DNA from: Candidatus Limnocylindrales bacterium
GTDB lineage: Bacteria; Chloroflexota; Limnocylindria; Limnocylindrales; CSP1-4
Direction: 5' to 3'
Length of the DNA stretch: 64,000 nt
Assembly (NCBI GenBank): GCA_050014975.1
Contig: JBEKCH010000003.1
Coordinates: 8,081-72,080 of the forward strand
Positions 49,958-58,941 of this stretch are shown piece by piece (position 1 is the first letter of the stretch; each line of letters begins with the position of its first letter). Under the pieces are notes generated by a model. It saw only the letters and a list, made by a program, of their open reading frames with translations. It was not told the origin of the DNA and did not search any database. A program made the translations under genes and the position numbers.

Positions 49958-51682
49958 ATGGTCGAGCCCGGAGCCGGAGGTCGTGACCTTGTGACTCGCC
50001 CCGAGGGCGAGCCGGCCACGCACCGCGACGACGTGGTGCCAGGCGCCGCGCCCGGCCACGACCTGGCCGCGCGCGGGGAGGCCCCTTTCGTCAACCTGCG
50101 AGATCCCGCCCGCGCCCTCGGCCCCGATGGCAAACCCGCCGTAAGCCGCCGCGCGCCGATCTGGGAGGACGTGCCGGACGAGCGCTGGAACGACTGGCGC
50201 TGGCAGCTATCCAACCGCGTCAACACGGGCGAGGAGATCGGCCGCGTCCTGAACCTGACCGACGACGAGCGCGAAGGCCTCTCCGCGCCGGACAAGTTCC
50301 GGGTCGACGTCACGCCCTACTTCCTGAGCCTGATCGACCCCGACGACCCCGCTGATCCGATCCGCCGCCAGGTCATCCCCACGGCGTGCGAGCACGAAGC
50401 CTTCACGGCGATGATGGAGGACTCGCTGGCCGAGGATCGCCACTCGCCGGTGCCGGGGCTCGTACATCGCTACCCGGACAGGGTCCTGATGCTGGTCACG
50501 ACCCAGTGCGCGAGCTACTGCCGCTACTGCACCCGGTCGCGGATCGTCGGCGACGCCGCGCAGAACTTCAACCGCGCCGAGCACGAGGCCCAGCTCGAGT
50601 ACCTGCGCCGCACGCCGCAAGTCCGCGACGTGTTGATCTCAGGCGGCGACGGCCTGACCCTCGCCCCCAGGCTCCTGGAGTCGATCGTCCGCGGCATCCG
50701 CGAGATCCCGCACATCGAGGTCATCCGCATCGGCTCGCGCGTGCCCGTCTTTCTGCCGCAGCGAATCGACGACGAGTTGTGCGAGATGCTGGCGAAGTAC
50801 CACCCGCTGTGGATGAATCTCCACTTCAACCATCCCAACGAGCTCACGCCCGAGGTTGCCCGCGCCTGCGACAAGCTGACCCGGGCCGGCATCCCGCTTG
50901 GCAACCAATCGGTCCTGCTCGCTGGCGTGAACGACTGCCTGCACATCCAGCGGGCCCTCGTCCACAAGCTCGTCGAGAACCGGATCCGTCCGTACTACCT
51001 GTACCAGTGCGATCTGGTCGAGGGTTCCGGCCACTTCCGGACGCCAGTCGGCAAGGGGATCGAGATCATGGAAGGCCTGCGCGGCCACACGTCGGGCTAC
51101 GCGGTCCCCACGTACATGATCGACGCGCCCGGTGGCGGCGGGAAGATCCCCGTCATGCCCAACTACCTGATCAGCTACTCGGACCACAAGGTCGTGCTGC
51201 GCAACTACGAGGGCTACATCACGACCTACGAGGAGCCGCTCCACTACCAGCCACACGACCAGGCCAGCTGCACGTACTGCCAGCACCCGCGCTCCGAGCC
51301 GGGCCAGGCCGGCGTCACGGGGCTGCTCCAGGGCGAGCGGCTCTGGATCGAGCCCACGGGCTTCGAGCAGACGCACCGCCGCGGCATCGGGGCCGCGCAC
51401 CGCCTGCAGGACCCGTCGAAGTGGGTGCCCTACGGGGTCGGACCGATCGAAGGAAAGGCCGGCCAGCCTCTGCCCGGGCTCGAGCCGGGCTCGAGCGGCC
51501 CGACGCCGGGGGGCGCGGTGGCCGGGGGCGCGTCCAGCTCCACAGTGCCGGAGACCTCAGGCGCCGCAGCGGCGGCCGGCGGAGAGTCCGCCGGCGAGCC
51601 CAACGCCGAGTACGGCCCCGGCGAGGAGCCGCGTCCGCGCGACGGAGAGCCCACGGGCTGGTCCCACGGCGAGCTTCTCTAA
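49958..51682 (+). CDS. kamA: Lysine 2,3-aminomutase (radical SAM, PLP)
   Basis: HRYPDRVL, CASYCRYCTR, SGGD, YLYQCD, DAPGGGGKIP; GGAGG SD before 49958. Confidence 0.93.
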   Translation: MVEPGAGGRDLVTRPEGEPATHRDDVVPGAAPGHDLAARGEAPFVNLRDPARALGPDGKPAVSRRAPIWEDVPDERWNDWRWQLSNRVNTGEEIGRVLNLTDDEREGLSAPDKFRVDVTPYFLSLIDPDDPADPIRRQVIPTACEHEAFTAMMEDSLAEDRHSPVPGLVHRYPDRVLMLVTTQCASYCRYCTRSRIVGDAAQNFNRAEHEAQLEYLRRTPQVRDVLISGGDGLTLAPRLLESIVRGIREIPHIEVIRIGSRVPVFLPQRIDDELCEMLAKYHPLWMNLHFNHPNELTPEVARACDKLTRAGIPLGNQSVLLAGVNDCLHIQRALVHKLVENRIRPYYLYQCDLVEGSGHFRTPVGKGIEIMEGLRGHTSGYAVPTYMIDAPGGGGKIPVMPNYLISYSDHKVVLRNYEGYITTYEEPLHYQPHDQASCTYCQHPRSEPGQAGVTGLLQGERLWIEPTGFEQTHRRGIGAAHRLQDPSKWVPYGVGPIEGKAGQPLPGLEPGSSGPTPGGAVAGGASSSTVPETSGAAAAAGGESAGEPNAEYGPGEEPRPRDGEPTGWSHGELL

Positions 51683-51724
51683 CCCACACCGTAGCGCGCC
51701 GCACCCCACACCGTAGCGCGCCGC
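51683..51724. repeat. 20-bp direct repeat x2 (CCCACACCGTAGCGCGCCGC), period 22
   Basis: Read directly from sequence. Confidence 0.85.
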
Positions 51725-51799
51725 GATCCGTCGCAAGGCCCATTCGCCATCGTGCGCCGGGCTGATGCAGCAACCGCTGCCGCGGCGTACCTTGCGACC

Positions 51800-53290
51800 A
51801 TGCAACGAGTTGAGGCAACGGGGCCGCACGGCCTCGGGCATCTCCACTGGAACCAGGATTACGCCGACGTCGCCCTGGCGCTGGCCCTGACCTTCCTCGC
51901 GCTCTCGACGGCCGTCCGCGATCACTACCGTCTCGATGCCGTCAGCATTTCGCTCCTGATCCTCCAGACACTGCCGATCGCGCTGCGGCGCCGCAACCCG
52001 ATGAGGATTCTCTTCATCACGGGGTCGGCGATCACCCTGTACAGCCTGTTGGGCTACCTCGGCGCGAATGGCGTCGGGGACTCGAATGGGGCTTACGGCG
52101 TGGTCGTGGCCTTCTACACCGTGGCCGCGAACGAGCCTCGGCGTCGGGCGATGGTCGCGGCCGCAGTGATGGCTGTCGCCGTCCTGGTCAGCTTCGCCGC
52201 ATATGCCGCATTCGATTCGATTTCCGGCTGGACGGCGAACTTGAGCGTCACGTACCTCTCATTCGGCCTGGCCTGGCTGATCGGCGACAACCTGCGTGTC
52301 CGGCGAGCCTACACGAGACAACTCGAGAACCGTGCCACGGAGTTGGAGCTCGAACGCGAGGAAAAGGCCACGCAGGCAGTGACGGAAGAGCGGGCCCGCA
52401 TCGCGCGAGAGTTGCACGACGTCGTGGCGCACTACGTCAGCGTCATGGTGGTCCAGGCCGCCGGGGCGCGCCGCATCGCAGACATGGACCCGGTTGCCGC
52501 AAAGGGAGCGCTCGAGGCCGTAGAGGCGGCGGGAAGGACCGCCCTGGCCGAGATGCGACGCATGCTCGAGGTTCTCCGGGCGGACGAGGCCGGCGTCGGC
52601 CCGCAGCCCGGGCTGGCCGACCTCGATCGACTGGTCGCGCAGGTGCGTGAGACCGGGCTGCCGGTCGAAGCCAGGATGGACGGCGACGAACGACCGCTGG
52701 CTGCCGGCATGGACCTGGCCGCCTACCGGATCATCCAGGAGGCCCTCACCAATGTGGTGAAGCACGCCGGAAACGCGACCGCTCGAGTCGCGGTGAGCTA
52801 CGAGCCACAGGCGCTCGACATCGAGGTCGTGGACGATGGGCGGGGCGCGGCGGCGCCGCTTCTGGCCGGGGCCGTCGAGGGCGGTCACGGCCTGATCGGC
52901 ATGCGCGAACGAGTCGCGCTGTACGGCGGCGAGCTGGAGACGGGGCCCGTCTTCCCCGGCGGCTATCGAGTCCATGCGCGCTTCCCTCTGGAACCGACGG
53001 CGCCGGGCAGCCTGGCGACGTGCTGCGACGAGGAGTCGGCGCTGTCGCTGGTCGCCGCTTCGGCGGAGCGCGATCGGCAACGTGCCGCGCGCGCCCTGCG
53101 CCCCGCGAGCGGGCGCGCTCACGAGCCGGCGCTGCTGGTCAAGCCGCGGGTCGTGCCGCCGCTGATCGGTCGAGTGGTGCCGCCCCAGCCGCGCCCGGCA
53201 ACGACGCGTCCGACGCGTCACACTCATCAGCGGACGGATCGACCGCCCGGCGGCGATTCGACGTCCAGGGCGGAGAAGAGCGAGCCGTGA
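51800..53290 (+). CDS. Membrane sensor histidine kinase (HisKA_3)
   Basis: ERARIARELHDVVAH, QEALTNVVKHA, DDGRG, GHGLIGMRER. Confidence 0.95.
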   Translation: MQRVEATGPHGLGHLHWNQDYADVALALALTFLALSTAVRDHYRLDAVSISLLILQTLPIALRRRNPMRILFITGSAITLYSLLGYLGANGVGDSNGAYGVVVAFYTVAANEPRRRAMVAAAVMAVAVLVSFAAYAAFDSISGWTANLSVTYLSFGLAWLIGDNLRVRRAYTRQLENRATELELEREEKATQAVTEERARIARELHDVVAHYVSVMVVQAAGARRIADMDPVAAKGALEAVEAAGRTALAEMRRMLEVLRADEAGVGPQPGLADLDRLVAQVRETGLPVEARMDGDERPLAAGMDLAAYRIIQEALTNVVKHAGNATARVAVSYEPQALDIEVVDDGRGAAAPLLAGAVEGGHGLIGMRERVALYGGELETGPVFPGGYRVHARFPLEPTAPGSLATCCDEESALSLVAASAERDRQRAARALRPASGRAHEPALLVKPRVVPPLIGRVVPPQPRPATTRPTRHTHQRTDRPPGGDSTSRAEKSEP

Positions 53291-53943
53291 AGATTCGAGT
53301 GCTCCTGGTCGATGACCAGCCGCTGCTGCGGACCGGGTTCCGAATGATCCTGTCGTCCGAACCGGATCTGACGGTGGTCGGCGAGGCCGGCGACGGCGTC
53401 GCGGCAGTCGAGGCCGCCCGAAGGCTCGTGCCCGACGTCGTGCTGATGGACATCCGGATGCCGGGCATGGACGGCATCCAGGCCACCCGTGCGCTCGCCG
53501 GGCCAGGGGTCGAGAACCCCATCAAGGTGCTGATCCTGACCACTTTCGGGCTGGACGAGTACGTCGTAGAGGCACTCCGTGCCGGCGCCAGCGGCTTTCT
53601 TTTGAAGGACTCGCCGCCCGAAGATCTGATCGAAGCGATTCGCGTCGTCGCGGCCGGAGAAGCGCTGCTCGCGCCGTCTGTGACCCGTCGCCTGCTGGAC
53701 CGCGTTGCCAGCCGCCTGCCGCCCGCCCAGGAGAACGCCATTCCCGCCCTCTCGGAGCTGACCGAGCGCGAGCTCGAGGTGCTGAAGCTCGTCGCCCGCG
53801 GCCTCTCCAATGCCGAGATCGCCGAGAAGCTGGTCGTGTCCGAGACGACGGTCAAGACGCACGTCTCGCGTGTCCTGGCCAAGCTCGACATCCGCGACCG
53901 GGTCCAGGCCGTGATCCTCGCCTACGAGACCGGGCTGGTCTAG
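53287..53943 (+). CDS. NarL/LuxR family response regulator
   Basis: VDDQ, DVVLMDIRMP, LTERELEVL, TVKTHV. Confidence 0.95.
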   Translation: MKIRVLLVDDQPLLRTGFRMILSSEPDLTVVGEAGDGVAAVEAARRLVPDVVLMDIRMPGMDGIQATRALAGPGVENPIKVLILTTFGLDEYVVEALRAGASGFLLKDSPPEDLIEAIRVVAAGEALLAPSVTRRLLDRVASRLPPAQENAIPALSELTERELEVLKLVARGLSNAEIAEKLVVSETTVKTHVSRVLAKLDIRDRVQAVILAYETGLV

Positions 53944-53964
53944 CTTCCTGCCCGCCGCCGGCCC

Positions 53965-54016
53965 GCCGGCCATCGCCGCCGGCCATCGCCGCCAGCCATC
54001 GCCGCCGGCCATCGCC
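53965..54016. repeat. 13-bp tandem repeat (GCCGGCCATCGCC) x4
   Basis: Read directly; one mismatch in unit 3. Confidence 0.9.
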
Positions 54017-54030
54017 TCCGGCGCGGCCCC

Positions 54031-54067
54031 TCATCCCCCGGCACGAGTGCCTCATCCCCTGGGATGA
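54031..54067. promoter_or_regulatory. Tandem 7-2-7 NarL-type operator boxes upstream of the ABC exporter
   Basis: Perfect palindrome TCATCCC-ct-GGGATGA (54052-54067) and degenerate copy TCATCCC-cc-GGCACGA 21 bp upstream. Confidence 0.7.
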
Positions 54068-54225
54068 CGCGCCGCTCACTCGCCTGAACGACCGCGATTT
54101 CGACACACCGGAGGACGGCGCCGCGCGGTTCCGCCCGTAGCTTTGGGCACGACGAGACAGACGCCCCCTCTGCGTCCTCGACTGACAGGCAACGACGGCA
54201 TCGACCGCCAGCGAAGGAGAAACAG

Positions 54226-55395
54226 ATGCGACTCGTGCGCGACCTCGGTCGCCGCAAGCTCCGCTCCACCCTGACCATCACCGGCATCACGATCGGCATC
54301 ATGGCCCTGGTCGTGTTCGGCTCCATGGCCAACAAGATCGACGCCCTGGTCAAAGGCGGCAGCGAGTACTACCAGGGCAAGGTCACCGTCAGCGCCAAGG
54401 GCGGCTACATGGGCCTCGGTGGAGTCCTCTCGACGAAGATGGCGGATCAGATCGCCACCCTCGCCGGCGTGGACGTAGTCGTGCCCAGCGTCCAGCTGAT
54501 GCTGAACGACGACGTCAGCGGCGTCTCGATGGGAACTCCCCCGATGATCGACGGCGCCGTTGCCGGAGCCGACAAGGGGCGCGAAACGTTCCCGATCCAC
54601 TACGCCACCGGCCGCGCCCTCACGGCCGCCGACGAGGGCAGCCGCGTGGTCGTCCTCGGCTCCGACCTGGCTCGCCAGTTCAACGCGCAGGTCGGCGACA
54701 CGGTCACCCTGCGAAATGTGAAGTTCCAGGTCGTGGGAATCCTGGAGCCGACCCTGACCGCCCCGGACAACTCGGCCATGGTCCCGCTGGCGGCGGCGCA
54801 GCAGCTCTACGTCAGGACCCTGTCGGACCTCGTGGCCGACAGGCTCAACGTCAACGAGATCGCCACCGGCCTGGTCGTGTATCCGAAGCCCGGCGCCGAC
54901 CCCGAGAAGATCGCCGACGAGATCGATGCCAACGTTGCGGGGATCACGACGATGACGGGCAAGGACTTCGATCAGCAGATCGGCGCCGCGACCTCGATGC
55001 TCAACGCGATCCTCATTGGGATCGGCCTGCTAAGCCTGGTCATCGGTGGGCTCTCGGTCATCAACACGATGGCCATGTCGGTCGCGGAGCGGACTCGTGA
55101 GATCGGCATCAAGCGGGCCATCGGAGCTTCCCGCTGGCGCATCCGCCGGGAGATCGTGATCGAGTCGGCCATCATCGGCCTGATAGGCGGCCTCACCGGC
55201 CTGGGACTCGGCTACGTCATCACCACCCTCGGCAACGACGCCGGCCGCAGCTCGGCCACGATCCTCTTCGACCTGACCTTCGGCACGGCCTTCTCGTCCG
55301 TCGCCTTCGCCACGATCCTCGGTGCGGCGGCCGGCTTCATCCCGGCCTGGCATGCCTCCCGACTCGATCCGGTAACCGCGCTCCGCTACGAGTAG
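54226..55395 (+). CDS. ABC transporter permease (MacB/FtsX type)
   Basis: RSTLTITGI, NTMAMSVAERTREIGIKRAIGA, LDPVTALRYE. Confidence 0.93.
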   Translation: MRLVRDLGRRKLRSTLTITGITIGIMALVVFGSMANKIDALVKGGSEYYQGKVTVSAKGGYMGLGGVLSTKMADQIATLAGVDVVVPSVQLMLNDDVSGVSMGTPPMIDGAVAGADKGRETFPIHYATGRALTAADEGSRVVVLGSDLARQFNAQVGDTVTLRNVKFQVVGILEPTLTAPDNSAMVPLAAAQQLYVRTLSDLVADRLNVNEIATGLVVYPKPGADPEKIADEIDANVAGITTMTGKDFDQQIGAATSMLNAILIGIGLLSLVIGGLSVINTMAMSVAERTREIGIKRAIGASRWRIRREIVIESAIIGLIGGLTGLGLGYVITTLGNDAGRSSATILFDLTFGTAFSSVAFATILGAAAGFIPAWHASRLDPVTALRYE

Positions 55396-55468
55396 CGGAC
55401 GGATGGCCTGCCTACCAACCCGAACGCATCGCGGGCCGCCTCGTGGCGCCCGCCAAGGAGACCTCACG

Positions 55469-56227
55469 ATGGCAATCCTCGAAGGACGCAACCTCCGCAA
55501 GACCTACAAGCTGAGCCGGCGCAACACCGTCGAAGCCCTCAAGGGCGTCGAGATCTCGATCGAGCAGGGCGAGATGGTCGCGATTATGGGTCCGTCCGGT
55601 TCCGGCAAGAGCACCCTGATGCACATCCTGGGCCTGCTTCACGCCCCCGACCCGAACCACGGTCCCGCCCCCGAGCTCTACCTTGGCGGGGAGAACGTGG
55701 CCTCGCTTTCCGACAACGCCCGGACCAGGATCCGGGCCAGGCGGATGGGCTTCGTCTTCCAGGACTTCAACCTGGTCCCGACCCTCACCGCTCTCGAGAA
55801 CGTCATGCTCGCCGGTGATTACGCGGGCATCCGCGGCAAGCAGGCCAGGCAGGCGGCGGTCGACGCGCTCGCCCTGGTGGGCCTGAACGAGCGGGCCGAC
55901 CACAAGCCGGTGGAACTCTCCGGCGGCGAGCAGCAGCGCGTGGCCCTCGCCCGGGCGCTGGTGAACAAGCCCGAGATCATCCTGGCCGATGAGCCGACCG
56001 GCAACCTCGACTCCGACCGCAGCGCCGAGGTCCTGGCGTTGCTCCGCCAGTTCAACCGCGAGCACGGCCAGACGATCGTGCTCGTAACCCACGACGCCGA
56101 GGTGGGCGAGGCCTGCGACCGGGTGATCCGGATGCGCGACGGGCGCATCCGCGACGACGGCCAGCGCACCTCCGTAAACAGGGCAACCCCGACTATGGCT
56201 CTCCCGGCCATGGCCGCCTCGGCCTAG
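55469..56227 (+). CDS. ABC transporter ATP-binding protein (LolD/MacB type)
   Basis: GPSGSGKS, LSGGEQQR, ADEPTGNLD. Confidence 0.95.
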   Translation: MAILEGRNLRKTYKLSRRNTVEALKGVEISIEQGEMVAIMGPSGSGKSTLMHILGLLHAPDPNHGPAPELYLGGENVASLSDNARTRIRARRMGFVFQDFNLVPTLTALENVMLAGDYAGIRGKQARQAAVDALALVGLNERADHKPVELSGGEQQRVALARALVNKPEIILADEPTGNLDSDRSAEVLALLRQFNREHGQTIVLVTHDAEVGEACDRVIRMRDGRIRDDGQRTSVNRATPTMALPAMAASA

Positions 56228-56324
56228 CGCCTGCGGGAATGAACCGCATTGGTGCTGCGCCGGCTCAATTCGGGGGGTAAGCTTCGGCAGCATCCGGTGC
56301 AAGGTCCACGATTCGCATTTCTTC

Positions 56325-56363
56325 CGCGGCCCCGCGGCCCCCTCCCGCGGGGCCGCTCCCTTT
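56325..56363 (+). terminator. Terminator hairpin with C-rich loop downstream of the ABC operon
   Basis: GCGGCCCCGCGG-ccccctc-CCGCGGGGCCGC followed by TCCCTTT. Confidence 0.65.
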
Positions 56364-56470
56364 GTGGCGGGTTGTCGCGGGCGCGCCCGACCGGAGCGCG
56401 GATGGCGAGCCGGCTGGCTCTTTCAGCTTCGCCGCCTGCGCCCGCCTGCCCTGCCAATCTATGATGCCCG

Positions 56471-56592
56471 GGGCGGACTGGCATCCGGCGGCACAGCCGG
56501 CGGTGGCCCGAATGACAATCGCTGGATGCTCGCCGTCTGCCCGCCGATTCCATGTCATGGGGCGCCCTGCTTCCCCCTCGGCCGGGCGCCCC
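56471..56592 (+). ncRNA. Structured 5' leader or small RNA of unknown class
   Basis: Begins about 6 nt after TATGAT; GGGCGGAC/GTCTGCCC and GGCATCCGGCG/CGCTGGATGCT helices; second hairpin GGGGCGCCC/GGGCGCCCC. Confidence 0.45.
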
Positions 56593-56621
56593 GCCTCAAC
56601 CACCGCCGCAGCGGAGAACGA

Positions 56622-57647
56622 ATGCCTCGACCCGCCTCGTCGCACGTCTGGCTCGACGGGGAGCTGGTCCCTTCGGACACAGCCCACATCTCCGTCTACG
56701 ACCGGGGCTTCCAGCTGGGAGACGGCGTCTTCGAGGCGCTGCGCGCTCGCCGTGGCGTGCCCATCGAACTGGCCGGCCATCTCGCGCGACTGCACGACAG
56801 CCTGACGGCCCTGGCCTTCGATCTACCGTTCGACGACAGTGTGGTCGCGGCCGGAATCGAGGAGCTGCTGGCGATCGAAGGGCTGGCCGGCGTCGAGCCT
56901 CTGGAAGGCGGCGAGCCTCTGGGCGGCGGCGAGCCTCTGGGCGGAATCGAGGCCCGGGGCGGCGAGACCACCGGCGCGGGCGGGGGGGCGAACCGAACTC
57001 CCGGCGACGCCGTGATTCGGATCACCGTCAGCCGCGGCTTCGATCCGACGCGCGGGGTCCTGCCCGGCCCGATCGGCCCTGCCACGGTCGCCATCCAGGC
57101 CTGGCCGTACGGCCCGCCTCCGGCCCGCGCGCTGGAGCAGGGCGAGCGGTTCATCACCAGCTGCATCCACCGCGACGCGGAGTCGCCCGTTTCCGGCATC
57201 AAGACAACGTCGCGCGCGGAGCTGGTCTACGCCCGAATTGAAGCGCGGCGCGCCGGCGCCGACGACGCCATCTTCCTGACCCCGGACGGCCGCATCACCG
57301 AGGCCACGACCTCCAACATCCTCTTGATAAGCGGCGACGTCTGCGCCACTCCCCGGCTTGGGACAGGTCTGCTGGCCGGCACCACGCGAGCCTGGCTGGT
57401 GGAGCACGGCGACTCCGTCGGGCTGGCGATGGTGGAGCGCGACCTGCGGCTCCAAGACGCGTTCGCGACCGACGAGATGGCCATCTGCGCCAGCATCGGC
57501 GGCGTTATTCCGGTCACATCGCTCGACGGGAAGCCGATCGGCAGCGGCCGGCCCGGACCTCGGACCATCGCCATGCGCGCAGCCCGGGAGCGCTGGATCG
57601 ACCTGGTTTCGATCGAGGGCGCACGGGCGCGCCTGGCGCGCTCCTGA
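56622..57647 (+). CDS. Class IV PLP aminotransferase (IlvE/Dat/PabC family)
   Basis: DRGFQLGDGVFE, HLARL, IKTTSR, EATTSN, LLAGTTR; in-frame GGEPLG repeat insertion. Confidence 0.92.
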   Translation: MPRPASSHVWLDGELVPSDTAHISVYDRGFQLGDGVFEALRARRGVPIELAGHLARLHDSLTALAFDLPFDDSVVAAGIEELLAIEGLAGVEPLEGGEPLGGGEPLGGIEARGGETTGAGGGANRTPGDAVIRITVSRGFDPTRGVLPGPIGPATVAIQAWPYGPPPARALEQGERFITSCIHRDAESPVSGIKTTSRAELVYARIEARRAGADDAIFLTPDGRITEATTSNILLISGDVCATPRLGTGLLAGTTRAWLVEHGDSVGLAMVERDLRLQDAFATDEMAICASIGGVIPVTSLDGKPIGSGRPGPRTIAMRAARERWIDLVSIEGARARLARS

Positions 57648-57728
57648 TCGCCGCGGTGTTCGCGGGCACGGCAATCGAACGAGCCGGCTCGCCGACGGCT
57701 TCGGCTTCGTCAGGCTAGACTTCGAGCC

Positions 57729-58397
57729 GTGACAGAGAGCAGCCCCGCACCCACGCCCAGGCGCGCTTCGAAGGCTGCCGCGAAGGCAGCGACACCCGTC
57801 CTGGCAAAGCCTTCGGCCCCGGCGAAGCCAGCCAGTCCGAAGCCGGCCAGTCCGAAGCCGGCACGGTCGAGCAAGCCCGGCAAGCAGGTCGCCCTCGCCG
57901 CCCCGGAGCCAACTCACCGTCATCCCAACCTGGGTCTGGCGCCGATCGATATGAAGGCCGGCTATCCGGCTGCTGCCGACGGGCTCCGCCGCGACAGGGC
58001 GGCCATCGCCGCCGACGCCCTGGAAGCCGCGATGGCCGCCGACCCTGAGTTGCCCGACCGCTTCGACGAAGCCGGCCTGCGTCTGCTCCAGCGCGACACC
58101 GAGGTTTTGATCGAGCGGCTGGCCATGTGCGTCTCCAGCAACGACTCGCGCTGGCTGGCCGAGTACGCCGAGTGGATCGGACCCATCTTCCGCCGCCGTC
58201 GCGTCTCCCAGTGGGACGCCGTCCGCGTGTGCGAGGCGATTCGCGAGATCGTCGGACCCCGGCTGACTGCCGAAGAGTCGGCCGCGATGGGCCGCTCGCT
58301 CGATGCCGCGGTTGCGGTGTTCCGAGGGAACGGCCGGTTGGGCGGCGATACTCACAAGCGGAACGCCCTTCTCAAGTGGCTCTACCGCGGCGTATGA
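57729..58397 (+). CDS. Hypothetical protein, globin/phycobiliprotein-like helical domain after a K/P/A-rich N terminus
   Basis: LLQRDTEVLIERLAMCVSSNDSRWLAEYAEW pattern; leaderless GTG. Confidence 0.65.
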   Translation: MTESSPAPTPRRASKAAAKAATPVLAKPSAPAKPASPKPASPKPARSSKPGKQVALAAPEPTHRHPNLGLAPIDMKAGYPAAADGLRRDRAAIAADALEAAMAADPELPDRFDEAGLRLLQRDTEVLIERLAMCVSSNDSRWLAEYAEWIGPIFRRRRVSQWDAVRVCEAIREIVGPRLTAEESAAMGRSLDAAVAVFRGNGRLGGDTHKRNALLKWLYRGV

Positions 58398-58470
58398 CCG
58401 CGGCGCGCAGGGCCGCGGCGGACGCGACAGACGCAACAGACTCTCGGCGGACGATGGACCGGAGGCAGCC

Positions 58471-58824
58471 ATGACGATCAAGTGGGTGACGGTCGATCCG
58501 CTGGTCATGTCCGGCGAGGCATTCTGCTACAACACCCGCCTGACCGTGCGGCAGCTTCTCGAGCTGCGCCGCTCCGGCTACGACCCGGCCCGCCTGCTGC
58601 GTGAGCACCCCGAGCTGCGCCTGGTGGGAGTCGCGCACGCCTACCGCTACGCCGGTGAGCACCGCGACCGCTACGCCGAGTTCTTCGATCGCGACGGATC
58701 GCTGGCGGGCCCGGGCTTTACGGCCGAAGAGGCGGCGGTGCTGCCCGAGGCCCTGCGCATCCCGGGCGTAGTCGTGGCCGGCAAGCGCAAAGCCGCCACT
58801 CGGGGCGCGAAGGCCCCGGCCTGA
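58471..58824 (+). CDS. DUF433 domain protein
   Basis: VDPLVMSGEAFCYNTRLTV...LLREHPEL; GGAGG SD. Confidence 0.82.
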   Translation: MTIKWVTVDPLVMSGEAFCYNTRLTVRQLLELRRSGYDPARLLREHPELRLVGVAHAYRYAGEHRDRYAEFFDRDGSLAGPGFTAEEAAVLPEALRIPGVVVAGKRKAATRGAKAPA

Positions 58825-58941
58825 AGCGGGCAAGGAGGCGGAGGCCCGTCCATGGCGGACGCGGTCTATCGGCCGACAAGCGCCCCGTGAAAGCCGGGCC
58901 GATCCCACTATTCCGACGAAACTGCTAGGATATCGGACACT

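Noticed and set aside
53965-54016. CRISPR array (also considered at 33248 and 51683)
   Set aside because: Contiguous short tandem units with no unique spacers and no cas genes
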